Assembly: GCF_036365525.1 (NCBI RefSeq)
Contig: NC_090380.1
Location: 82,407,658-82,471,657, forward strand
Length of the DNA: 64,000 bases
From: Heterodontus francisci
Lineage: Eukaryota
Direction: 5' to 3'
Positions 35,801 to 47,959 of this stretch are shown in pieces. The notes under the pieces were generated by a model. It had not been told where the DNA came from and searched no databases. It saw nothing but the letters and a program-made list of their open reading frames with translations. The position numbers and the translations under genes were made by a program. Every line of letters begins with the position of its first letter. Within the stretch, counting starts at the first letter, position 1.

Positions 35801-38800
35801 GGGCTTTGGAACACCAGACAACATTCTGTCAGGGGCTTTGAAACAACAGGCAACATTCAGTCAGGGGCTCTGGAACACCAGACTACATTCCGTCAGTGTC
35901 TCTGGAACACCAGACAACATTCAGTCAGGGGCTCTGGAACACCAGACAACATTCAGTCAGGGGCTCTGGAATACCAGACAACATTCAGTCAGGGGCTTTG
36001 GAACACAAGACAACATTCAGGCAGGGGCTTTGGAACACCAGACAACATTCCGTCAGGGGCTTTGGAACACCAGGCAACATTCCGTCAGGGGCTCTGGAAC
36101 ACCAGACAACATTCCGTCAGTGGCTCTGGAACACCAGACAACATTCAGTCAGGGGCTCTGGAATACGAGGCAACATTCAGTCAGGGGCTCTGGAACACCA
36201 GACAACATTCAGTCAGGGGCTCTGGAAAACCAGGCAACATTCAGGCAGGGGCTTTGGAACACCACACAACATTCAGTCAGGGGTTTTGGAACACCAGGCA
36301 ACATTCCGTCAGGGGCTCTGGAACACCAGACAACATTTCGTCAGTGGCTCTGGAACACCAGACAACATTCAGTCAGGGGCTCTGGAAAACCGGGCAACAT
36401 TCAGGCAGGGGCTTTGGAACACCAGACAACATTCAGTCAGGGGCTTTCGAACACCAGACAACATTCAGTCAGGGGCTTTGGAACACCAGACAACATTCTG
36501 TCAGGGGCTTTGGAACAACAGGCAACATTCAGTCAGGGGCTCTGGAACACCATACTACATTCCGTCAGTGACTCTGGAACACCAGACAACATTCAGTCAG
36601 GGGCTCTGGAATACGAGGCAACATTCAGTCAGGGGCTCTGGAACACCAGACAACATTCAGTCAGGGGCTTTGGAAAACCGGGCAACATTCAGTCAGGGGC
36701 TTTGGAATATCAGGCAACATTCAGTCAGGGGCTTTGGAATACCAGGCAACATTCAGTCAGGGGCTTTGGAACACCAGGCAACGTTCAGTCAGGGGCTTTG
36801 GAACACGAGACAACATTCAGGCAGGGGCTTTGGAACACCAGACAACATTCAGTCAGGGGCTTTGGAACACCAGACAACATTCAGTCAGGGGCTTTGGAAC
36901 ACAAGACAACATTCAGGCAGGGGCTTTGGAACACCAGACAACATTCAGTCAGGGGCTTTGGAACACCAGACAACATTCAGTCAGGGGCTTTGGAACACAA
37001 GACAACATTCAGGCAGGGGCTTTGGAACACCAGACAACATTCAGTCAGGGGCTTTGGAACACAAGACAACATTCAGGCAGGGGCTTTGGAACACCAGACA
37101 ACATTCAGTCAGGGGCTCTGAAACACCAGGCAACATTCAGTCAGGGGCTCTAGAACACCAGGCAACATTCCGTCAGGGGCTCTGGAACACCAGGCAACAT
37201 TCCGTCAGTGGCTCTGGAACACCAGACAACATTCAGTCAGGGGCTCTGGAATACGAGGCAACATTCAGTCAGGGGCTCTGGAACACCAGACAACATTCAG
37301 TCAGGGGCTTTGGAACACCAGACAACATTCAGGCACGGGCTCTGGAACACCAGACAACATTCAGGCAAGGGCTCTGGAACACCAGGCAACCTTCAGTCAG
37401 GGGCTCTGGAACACCAGGCAACATTCCGTCAGGGGCTCTGGAACACCAGGCAACATTCCGTCAGTGGCTCTGGAACACCAGACAACATTCAGTCAGGGGC
37501 TCTGGAATACGAGGCAACATTCAGTCAGGGGCTCTGGAACACCAGACAACATTCAGTCAGGGGCTTTGGAACACCAGGCAACATTCTGTCGGGGCTCTGG
37601 AACACCAGGCATCATTCCGTCAGGGACTCTGAAACACCAGACAACATTCAGGCAAGGGCTCTGGAACATCAGGAAACATTCAGTCAGGGGCTCTGGAACA
37701 CCAGGCAACATTCAGTCAGGGGCTCTGGAACATCAGGAAACATTCAGTCAGGGGCTCTGGAACACCAGGCAACATTCAGGCTGGGGTTCTGGAACACCAG
37801 GCAACATTCAGTCAGGGGCTCTGGAACACCAGGAAACATTCAGTCAGTGGCTCTGGAACACAAGGCAACATTCAGTCAGGGGCTCTGGAACATCAGGAAA
37901 TATTCAGTCAGGGGCTCTGGAACACCAGGCAACATTCAGGCTGGGGTTCTGGAACACCAGGAAACATTCAGTCAGGGGCTTTGGAACACCAGACAACATT
38001 CAGTCAGGGGCTCTGGAACACCAGGCAACATTCAGTCAGGGGCTTTGGAACACCAGACAACATTCAGTCAGGGTCTTTGGAACAACAGGCAACATTCAGT
38101 CAGGGGCTTTGGAACACAAGACAACATTCAGGCAGGGGCTTTGGAACACCAGACAACATTCAGTCAGGGGCTTTGGAACACCAGACAACATTCAGTCAGG
38201 GGCTTTGGAACACAAGACAACATTCAGGCAGGGGCTTTGGAACACCAGACAACATTCAGTCAGGGGCTTTGGAACACCAGACAACATTCAGTCAGGGGCT
38301 TTAGAACACAAGACAACATTCAGGCAGGGGCTTTGGAACACCAGACAACATTCAGTCAGGGGCTTTGGAACACAAGACAACATTCAGGCAGGGGCTTTGG
38401 AACACCAGACAACATTCAGTCAGGGGCTCTGAAACACCAGGCAACATTCAGTCAGGGGCTCTAGAACACCAGGCAACATTCCGTCAGGGGCTCTGGAACA
38501 CCAGGCAACATTCCGTCAGTGGCTCTGGAACACCAGACAACATTCAGTCAGGGGCTCTGGAATACGAGGCAACATTCAGTCAGGGGCTCTGGAACACCTG
38601 ACAACATTCAGTCAGGGGCTTTGGAACACCAGACAACATTCAGGCACGGGCTCTGGAACACCAGACAACATTCAGGCAAGGGCTCTGGAACACCAGGCAA
38701 CCTTCAGTCAGGGGCTCTGGAACACCAGGCAACATTCCGTCAGGGGCTCTGGAACACCAGGCAACATTCCGTCAGTGGCTCTGGAACACCAGACAACATT

Positions 38801-40881
38801 CAGTCAGGGGCTCTGGAATACGAGGCAACATTCAGTCAGGGGCTCTGGAACACCAGACAACATTCAGTCAGGGGCTTTGGAACACCAGACAACATTCAGG
38901 CACGGGCTCTGGAACACCAGACAACATTCAGGCAAGGGCTCTGGAACACCAGGCAACATTCCGTCAGGGGCTCTGGAACACCAGACAACATTTCGTCAGT
39001 GGCTCTGGAACACCAGACAACATTCAGTCAGGGGCTCTGGAAAACCGGGCAACATTCAGGCAGGGGCTTTGGAACACCAGACAACATTCAGTCAGGGGCT
39101 TTCGAACACCAGACAACATTCAGTCAGGGGCTTTGCAACACCAGACAACATTCTGTCAGGGGCTTTGGAACAACAGGCAACATTCAGTCAGGGGCTCTGG
39201 AACACCAGACTACATTCCGTCAGTGACTCTGGAACACCAGACAACATTCAGTCAGGGGCTCTGGAATACGAGGCAACATTCAGTCAGGGGCTCTGGAACA
39301 CCAGACAACATTCAGTCAGGGGCTTTGGAAAACCGGGCAACATTCAGGCAGGGGCTTTGGAACACCAGACAACATTCCGTCAGGGGCTTTGGAACACCAG
39401 ACAACATTCAGTCAGGGGCTTTGGAACACCAGACAACATTCAGTCAGGGGCTTTGGAACACCAGACAACATTCAGTCAGGGGCTTTTGAAACCCAGACAA
39501 CATTCAGGCAAGGGCTTTGGAACACCAGACAACATTCAGGGACGGGATCTGGAATACCAGACAACATTCAGTCAGGGGCTTTGGAACACCAGACAACATT
39601 CAGTCAGGGGCTTTGGAACACCAGACAACATTCAGTCAGGGATTTTGGAACACCAGGCAACATTCAGTCAGGGGCTTTGGAACACCAGACAACATTCTGT
39701 CAGGGGCTTTGGAACAACAGGCAACATTCAGTCAGGGGCTTTGGAACACCAGACAACATTCAGTCAGGGGCTTTGGAACACCAGGCAACATTCAGTCAGG
39801 GGCTTTGGAATATCAGGCAACATTCAGTCAGGGGCTTTGGAATACCAGGCAACATTCAGTCAGGGGCTTTGGAACACCAGGCAACATTCAGTCAGGGGCT
39901 TTGGAACACCAGACAACATTCAGTCAGGGGCTCTGGAACACCAGGCAACATTCAGTCAGGGGCTTTGGAACACCAGACAACATTCAGTCAGGGTCTTTGG
40001 AACAACAGGCAACATTCAGTCAGGGGCTTTGGAACACAAGACAACATTCAGGCAGGGGCTTTGGAACACCAGACAACATTCAGTCAGGGGCTTTGGAACA
40101 CCAGACAACATTCAGTCAGGGGCTTTGGAACACAAGACAACATTCAGGCAGGGGCTTTGGAACACCAGACAACATTCAGTCAGGGGCTTTGGAACACCAG
40201 ACAACATTCAGTCAGGGGCTTTGGAACACAAGACAACATTCAGGCAGGGGCTTTGGAACACCAGACAACATTCAGTCAGGGGCTTTGGAACACAAGACAA
40301 CATTCAGGCAGGGGCTTTGGAACACCAGACAACATTCAGTCAGGGGCTCTGAAACACCAGGCAACATTCAGTCAGGGGCTCTAGAACACCAGGCAACATT
40401 CCGTCAGGGGCTCTGGAACACCAGGCAACATTCCGTCAGTGGCTCTGGAACACCAGACAACATTCAGTCAGGGGCTCTGGAATACGAGGCAACATTCAGT
40501 CAGGGGCTCTGGAACACCAGACAACATTCAGTCAGGGGCTTTGGAACACCAGACAACATTCAGGCACGGGCTCTGGAACACCAGACAACATTCAGGCAAG
40601 GGCTCTGGAACACCAGGCAACCTTCAGTCAGGGGCTCTGGAACACCAGACAACATTCAGTCAGGGGCTCTGGAACACCTGACAACATTCAGTCAGGGGCT
40701 CTGGAACACCAGCAAACATTCAGTCAGGGGCTCTGGAACACCAGACAACATTCAGTCAGGGGCTCTGGAACACCAGACAACATTCAGTCAGGGGCTCTGG
40801 AAAACCGGGCAACATTCAGTCAGGGGCTCTGGAACACCAGGCAACATTCAGTCAGGTGCTCTGGAAAATCGGGCAACATTC

Positions 40882-41330
40882 TAGCTATGAAGAGAGGTTG
40901 AGTAGATTAGGATTATTTTCATTAGAAAGACGGAGGTTGAGGGGGGACCTGATTGAGGTGTACAAAATCATGAGAGGTATAGACAGGATGGATAGCAAGA
41001 GGCTTTTTCCCAGAGTGGGGGTTTCAATTACTAGAGGACACGAGTTCAAAGTGAAAGGGGAAAAGTTTAGGGGGGATATGCGTGGAAAGTTCTTTACGCA
41101 GAGGGTGGTGGGCACCTGGAACGCATTGCCAGCGGAGGTGGTAGATGCGGGCACGATGGAGTCTTTTAAGATGTATCTAGACAGATACATGAATGGGCAG
41201 GAAGAAAAGAGATACAGAACCTTAGAAAATAGGCGACATGTTTAGAGAGAGGATCTGGATCGGCGCAGGCTTGGAGGGCCGAAGGGCCTGTTCCTGTGCT
41301 GTAATTATCTTTGTTCTTTGTTGTTCTTTG
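40882..41330 (+). mobile_element. CR1 3' fragment inside the satellite (copy 1)
   Basis: SYEERLSRLGLFSLERRRLRGDLIEVYKI...FFTQRVVGTWNALP; (GTTCTTT)n tail. Confidence 0.93.
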
Positions 41331-41846
41331 TATTCTGTCAGGGGCTCTGGAGCATTTGGTAACATTCAGTCAGGGGCTCTGGAACACCAGGCAACATTCA
41401 GTCAGGGGCTCTGGAACATCAGGAAACATTCAGTCAGGGGCTCTGGAACACCAGGCAACATTCAGGCTGGGGTTCTGGAACACCAGGAAATATTCAGTCA
41501 GAGCCTCTGGAACACAGGCAACATTCAGGCAAGGGCTTTGGAACACCAGACAACATTCAGGGAGGGGATCTGGAATACCAGACAACATTCAGTCAGGGGC
41601 TTTGGAACACCAGACAACATTCAGTCAGGGGCTCTGGAACACCTGACAACATTCAGTCAGGGGCTCTGGAACACCAGCAAACATTCAGTCAGGGGCTCTG
41701 GAACACCAGACAACATTCAGTCAGGGGCTCTGGAACACCAGACAACATTCAGTCAGGGGCTCTGGAAAACCGGGCAACATTCAGTCAGGGGCTCTGGAAC
41801 ACCAGGCAACATTCAGTCAGGTGCTCTGGAAAATCGGGCAACATTC

Positions 41847-42295
41847 TAGCTATGAAGAGAGGTTGAGTAGATTAGGATTATTTTCATTAGAAAGACGGAG
41901 GTTGAGGCGGGACCTGATTGAGGTGTACAAAATCATGAGAGGTATAGACAGGATGGATAGCAAGAGGCTTTTTCCCAGAGTGGGGGTTTCAATTACTAGA
42001 GGACACGAGTTCAAAGTGAAAGGGGAAAAGTTTAGGGGGGATATGCGTGGAAAGTTCTTTACGCAGAGGGTGGTGGGCACCTGGAACGCATTGCCAGCGG
42101 AGGTGGTAGATGCGGGCACGATGGAGTCTTTTAAGATGTATCTAGACAGATACATGAATGGGCAGGAAGAAAAGAGATACAGAACCTTAGAAAATAGGCG
42201 ACATGTTTAGAGAGAGGATCTGGATCGGCGCAGGCTTGGAGGGCCGAAGGGCCTGTTCCTGTGCTGTAATTATCTTTGTTCTTTGTTGTTCTTTG
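41847..42295 (+). mobile_element. CR1 3' fragment inside the satellite (copy 2, near-identical)
   Basis: 965-bp offset from copy 1 with the same junctions; one visible substitution (RG->RR). Confidence 0.93.
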
Positions 42296-43929
42296 TATTC
42301 AGTCAGGGGCTCTGGAGCATTTGGTAACATTCAGTCAGGGGCTCTGGAACACCAGGCAACATTCAGTCAGGGGCTCTGGAACATCAGGAAACATTCAGTC
42401 AGGGGCTCTGGAACACCAGGCAACATTCAGGCTGGGGTTCTGGAACACCAGGAAATATTCAGTCAGAGCCTCTGGAACACCAGGCAACATTCAGTAAGCG
42501 GCTTTGGAACACCAGGCAACATTCAGTCAGGGGCTTTGGAACACCAGACAACATTCAGGCAAGGGCTTTGGAACACCAGACAACATTCAGGGAGGGGATC
42601 TGGAATACCAGACAACATTCAGTCAGGGGCTTTGGAACACCAGACAACATTCAGGCAGGGGCTTTGGAACACCAGACAACATTCAGTCAGGGGCTTTGGA
42701 ACACCAGACAACATTCAGTCAGGGCTTTGGAACACCAGACAACATTCAGTCAGGGGCTTTGGAACACCAGACAACATTCAGTCAGGGGCTTTGGAACACC
42801 AGACAACATTCAGTCAGGGGCATTGGAACACCAGACAACATTCAGGCAGGGGATCTGGAACACCAGGCAACATTCAGTCAGGGGCTTTGGAACACCAGGC
42901 AACATTCAGTCAGGGGCTTTGGAACACCAGACAACATTCAGTCAGGGGCTTTGGAACACCAGACAACATTTAGTCAGGGGCTTTGGAACAGCAGACAACA
43001 TTCAGTCAGGGGCTCTGGAATACCAGGCAACATTCAGTCAGGGGCCCTGGAATACCAGGCAACATTCAGTCAGGGGCTTTGGAACACCAAGCAACATTCA
43101 GTCAGGGGCTCTGGAATACCAGGCAACATTCAGTCAGGGGCTCTGGAATACCAGGCAACATTCAGTCAGGGGCTCTGGAACTCCAAGCAACATTCAGTCA
43201 GGTGCTCTGGAATACCAGGCAACATTCCGCCAGGGGCTCTGGAATACCAGGCAACATTCAGTCAGGGGCTTTGGAATACCAGACAACATTCAGTCAGGGG
43301 CTCCGGAATACCAAGCAACATTCAATCAGGGGAACAGGAATGCCAGGCAACATTCAGTCAGGGGCTTTGGAACACCAGGCAACATTCAGTCAGGGGCTCT
43401 GGAATACCAGGCAACATTCAGTCAGGGGCTCTGGAATACCAGGCAACATTCAGTCAGGGCTTTGGAACACCAGGCAACATTCAGTCAGGGGCTCTGGAAC
43501 ACCAGGCAACATTCAGTCAGGGGCTCTGGAACACCAGGCATCATTTATTCAGGGGCTCTGGAATACCAGACAACATTCAGTCAAGGGCTTTGGAACACCA
43601 GGCAACATTCTGTCAGGGGCTCTGGAATACCAGACAACATTCAGTCAGGGGCTTTGGAATACCAGACAACATTCAGTCAGGGGCTTTGGAACACCAGACA
43701 ACATTCAGGCAGGGGATCTGGAATACCAGGCAACATTCAGTCAGGGGCTTTGGAACACCAGACAACATTCAGGCAGGGGATCTGGAATACCGGGCAACAT
43801 TCAGTCAGGGGCTCTGGAATACCAGGCAACATTCAGTCACGGGCTTTGGAACAGCAGGAAACATTCAGGCAGGAACTCTGGACCAGCAGACAGCAGTCAG
43901 GCAGGGGTTCTGGAACACCAGGCAGTATT

Positions 43930-44103
43930 GAATGCAGAATTGGCAGCCTGTTAAATATAGTGCCATGTGCTTCCACCCCCTCTATTTAAATTAGCCCCTG
44001 TGCATAATATTGCAGGGGCTCAGTGGCAGCACTTCCATGTCGGAAGGCCACTGAGTTCAAAGCGTGCCACCGCAGAGCACGGCATGCGAATAAAATCAAG
44101 ACC
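43930..44103. mobile_element. Harbinger-type terminal segment
   Basis: Reverse complement aligns by eye with the element start at 53222-53330; ends TAAAATCAAGACC. Confidence 0.65.
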
Positions 44104-44137
44104 ATGTTAAGACAGCATACTAACCCACTACACCCAC

Positions 44138-44179
44138 CTATCAGTTATGCATCCCCTGCATGGATCCATCTACTGGAAC
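44138..44179 (-). CDS. candidate 42-nt juxtamembrane exon containing an in-frame TAA (GSSRWIHAGDA*)
   Basis: Acceptor ctttctgacttaattcag|GT and donor ATAG|gtgggt, phase 1-1. It would lie only ~130 nt from the TM donor if the intervening Penelope insertion were removed. TAA at 44147-44145. Confidence 0.4.
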
Positions 44180-44213
44180 CTGAATTAAGTCAGAAAGATA
44201 GTGCAAACATTGA

Positions 44214-46099
44214 AATAAAAGCAAAATACTGCAGATGCTGGAAATCTGAAACAAAAACAAAAAGTGCTGGCAAAACTCAGCAAGTCAGGCAGTATCTGTG
44301 GAGAGAAGCAAAGTTAACGTGTTAGGTCTGTGACCTTTCATCAGAACTAGCAAAGGTTAGAAAGGAATTAGGTTTTAAGCAAGTGAAGGGAAGGGGGGTG
44401 GGGGAGAGAAGAAAGGCGAAGGTGTTTGATCAGGCAGAGGGTGATTAAATAACAAAGCTGTCATGGGACAAAGACAAAGAGTGTGTTAATGCTTGTGGTG
44501 AAAGACAAAGCATTAGTCCAGAGAGACTGTTAATAACAGAATAATGAGTAGATCTGACCACATGAAAAGCAGGCACATGGTTAAAAAATGAAATATTTAA
44601 AAAAGAGCTAGTCATGCTCTGAAGTTATTGAACTCAATGTTCAGTCTGCAAGGTTGTGGAGTGCCTAATTGAAAGATCAGGTGCTGCTCCTCGAGCTTGC
44701 GTTGATGTTCACTGGAACACTGGAGCAGGCCAAAGACAGAAATGTTGGCATGAGAGCGTTGTGGGGGTTGCGGGGAGGGGTGGGGTAGTGTTGAAATGGC
44801 AAGCAACAGGAAGTTCGGGGTCATGCTTTTGGACTGAGTGGAGGTGTTCAGCAAAGCGGTCACCCAATCTTCATTTGGTCTCCCCAATGTAGAGGAGACC
44901 ACATTGTGAGCAGCGAATACAGTATACTAAATTGAAAGAAATACAAGTACAAGTATTCCTGTCCACTCTATCTAGGCCCCTCAGAATTATGTACACCTCA
45001 ATTAAATCACCCCTCAGCCTCCTCTGTTCTAAGGAAAACAGCTCTAGCCTATCCAATCTTTCCTCATAGCTTCAACTTTCAAGCCCTGGCAACATTCTTG
45101 TAAATCTCCTCTGTAATCTCTCCACAGCAATTATGTCCTTTCTGTCAGCATTCCAAAGGGATTGTTCCCTCCGTGACACCCTGGTCCACTCCTCCATTAC
45201 CCCCAACTCCTCCTCCTTAACTACAATGTCTACATCAACCCTCTCCAGAGGAACCCGCTCTCCCATTGGTACTCAGAACTGAATACCGGTTAGAAAGTGG
45301 GATGCCCTCTGGGAACTCCTGCACTACCTGCCTTGACCATCTTGTCTGTCTGGCAGTCACACAGTCCCTCTCTGCCTGTGCTGTTTTCAGCTCCAGGGTG
45401 ACTGCCCCCTGAAACGTGCTATCCATGTAGTTCTCTGCCTCACGGATGCGCCACAATGACTCCGAAACCCGGAGCTCAAGCTTCTGCAGCAGTGACACTT
45501 GCTGCAGATGTGTTTGTATAGGGCACATGGTGCGTCCATGACTCAGTCCAAAAGCATGACTCCGAGCTTCTGGTCGCTTGCCATTTCAACACCCCCCTGC
45601 TCTCATGCCAACATTTCTGCCTTTGGCCTGCTCCAGTGTACCAGTGAACATCAATGCAAGCTCGAGGAGCAGCACCTGATCTTTCGATTAGACACACTAC
45701 AGCCTTACGGACTGAACATTGAGTTCAATAACTTTAGAGCATGACTGGCCTTTTTTTAATATTTTATTTTTTAACCATGTGCCTGCTTTTCATGTAGTCA
45801 GAGCTGTTCATTATTCTAATATTAACAGTCTCTCTGGACTAATGCTTTGTCTTTCACCACAAGCATTAACACATGCTTTGCCTTTGTCACAGGACAGCTT
45901 TGTTATTTAATCACCCTCTGCCCAATCAAACACCTTTCCCTTTGTTCTCTCCCCCACTCCCCTCCCCTTGCTTAAAACCTAATTCTTTTCTAACCTTTGC
46001 TAGTTCTGATGAAAGGTCACAGACCTAAAATGTTAACTTTACATCTCCACAGATGCTGCCAGACCTACTGAGTTTTACCAGCACATTTTGTTTTTGTGT
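44214..46099. mobile_element. Penelope-like element with inverted arms and 15-bp TSD, containing CR1 fragments
   Basis: TAGTGCAAACATTGA at 44199-44213 and 46100-46114; GIY-YIG motif NLVYCIRCSQCGLLYIGETK; C-terminus RKLEEQHLIF..GT.QP..LNIEFNNFR on both strands. Confidence 0.88.
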
Positions 46100-46208
46100 T
46101 AGTGCAAACATTGATACTGACTCCATTTTCACACGGTCAGTTAAAAGCTATCCATCGGCCTCAACTTTGATGATTTGAAAGCAAAGGCTCTAATAATCTG
46201 GATCTTAC

Positions 46209-46298
46209 CTTTTCTTGAATACTTCAACAGTAAATAGCCAACGACAGTTACTAGGGTTAGGCATAGAAAAGCAAGCACCCACCATATATACACTCTGC
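46209..46298 (-). CDS. IgSF V-C1 receptor exon 4 (transmembrane)
   Basis: 90-nt phase 1-1 exon (tttttattacag|GC ... AAA G|gtaaga). Encodes RVYIWWVLAFLCLTLVTVVGYLLLKYSRK: a ~22-aa hydrophobic helix followed by basic stop-transfer residues. Confidence 0.85.
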
Positions 46299-46861
46299 CT
46301 GTAATAAAAAAGGAAACCCTTTGAATTAATGGCTTCATCACCAGCAGGCCATCTGGTAACTAATACAGTAAATTTTTTCCAAGATCAAATATATTTTACT
46401 GTTCTTGTTTATACTGATCCACTAAACATAGAAACATCTGTGTTCCAGCAGTGTAAATTGAGCATAAAGTTAACCAGCTTAAGGCATGGTATTTTAGAAT
46501 ATACTCCCAAGTAAAATGGCTAATGCAGTGTCAATTAACTCCTGGATAACAAAAAACTGGATGGATGTTTGGTTTGTAACAGGGTTGAGCGTTATAAGTA
46601 GTTGATGGAATGATGGAATGCTGTCCATAAGTCAGGGGTAATTAGTGGAGAGTGAGACAGGAGCAGGCCGAAGGTAAATGTTGGTGTATGGGGAGGGAAG
46701 AAAGTGGTCAGTGATTTGCAATGAGTGTGATCTGTGGCAGGTGATGCCTACATTTTCCTTGTGGGCCTGGGAAAACTCTTCGCTCTGCAGACCAGTTTGT
46801 TGCTTATGGGGCAGCTGCTGTAGGCACCCGTTGTCTTCCAGGTTAAGATAATGATAGGATC

Positions 46862-47010
46862 CTTTTTTTTATTCTTTCATGGGATGTGAGCATTGCTGGC
46901 AAGGCCAGCATTTGTTGCCCATACCATAACTGCTCTTGAGAAGGTGGTGGTGAATGGCCTTCTTCAACTGCTGCAGTCCATCTTGTGTAGGTACACCCAC
47001 AGTGCTGTTA
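46862..47010 (-). mobile_element. 3' tail fragment of the SacSINE-partner LINE/SINE
   Basis: Matches 28440-28545. Confidence 0.65.
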
Positions 47011-47481
47011 ATGTAAATGAACTTGATTTGCATAAATGTAAGAGTTGTTCACCTGAGTCATGGAATGGAGCCATTCCCTGTCGGTCATGAGGTGTTAAAA
47101 TTTCCATCTTAGTTTTGTACTACTTTCTTTTGCTAGCGTGTAAACTTAATTCATAAAAATAAATGTAACATGTAGGTTTAGCCAGAGCAATCAGAGAGAA
47201 CTGGAGTGCACAGTGGGCGAGTTGCTCAGTGTTAATATTTTAGTAAAAAGGATTCATTATTTCTGTACTTTTCATGTTCATGGCTACTAAGACAGTAAGT
47301 TTTGAAACACAGGAGATACCAGGTCTACTTATGGAATCTGCAATTTTCTGTAAATGGCTAATATAGTGTTGGAAGATAGAATGAACCTGAATACTACCCA
47401 GACCGTTTCATTTTCTGGTTAAAAAGGAACAGAGAGTGATTTAAAAGTGAAGAAGGGAAGAAAACTGTAAAACTGAAATAC

Positions 47482-47790
47482 CTTCATGCTGTCCATCAAA
47501 TGGTATGGTTATTCTCTTAATCAGAGGACTTTGCAACATTGAGTGATTCACATGACATGAATATATATCCTCCTTCTGCCAGTCAGAAAGGTTAATATAA
47601 CTTGTTCTGGAATTGCTGTTGTTTGACATCATAGTAATTTCAGAGTTAATCCATGCTGAGCCTTCCTTTCCTTCTTTTCTCCACCTCAGTTGGATGTTGT
47701 CAGGATAGAAATTCTCTGCTCTACAAACGAGTTGTATGCAACAGCCGTTTTCAGGCCGGGGAAGAAATTTAACTTCCACCTCTGGAGGAG
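47482..47790 (-). CDS. IgSF V-C1 receptor exon 3 (C1-set domain)
   Basis: 309-nt phase 1-1 exon (ttttcttcaccaag|CT ... GAA G|gtattt). C1 hallmarks: APPEV, LVCRAENFYPDNIQLRW, YSCHVNH. Confidence 0.9.
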
Positions 47791-47959
47791 CTTGGTGAAG
47801 AAAATGCAACAAGCTTTATGAAATTTTGCAAAATTATAGATGTTACTTTATTTACCTTTGGGAAAAAACCCATTGTGCATGTTGTTCTCTCAGCTTAATG
47901 CTGTGCATTGATTATATAATAGACAGAAAAACATATTAGTTACGAGGAAGGTTTGTGTT

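Larger units (their letters stand above)
29900..43925. repeat. ~14-kb satellite array of a 32-bp unit (AGTCAGGGGCTYTGGAACACCAGRCAACATTC), roughly 400 units with higher-order duplications
   Basis: Direct inspection. The first ~450 bp use the variant AGGCAGGGAGTCTGGAACTGCAGGCAACAWTC. Interrupted by two CR1 3' ends. Confidence 0.98.

Noticed and set aside
29900-43925. CRISPR array or Ig switch-region analogue
   Set aside because: Units are contiguous with no unique spacers and the DNA is vertebrate. RGYW motifs (GGCT/GGCA) are present, but the G-runs are on the template strand of the receptor gene and there are no alternative C exons downstream.
30027-43989. Many long + strand ORFs with a 32-aa repeat (QHSVRGSGTPDNIQSGALEHQTTFSQGLWNTR)
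   Set aside because: The 32-bp unit has no stop in any + frame, so translation cycles through all three frames. Indels and stops are scattered freely and most starts are TTG/GTG. This is an artefact of the satellite.
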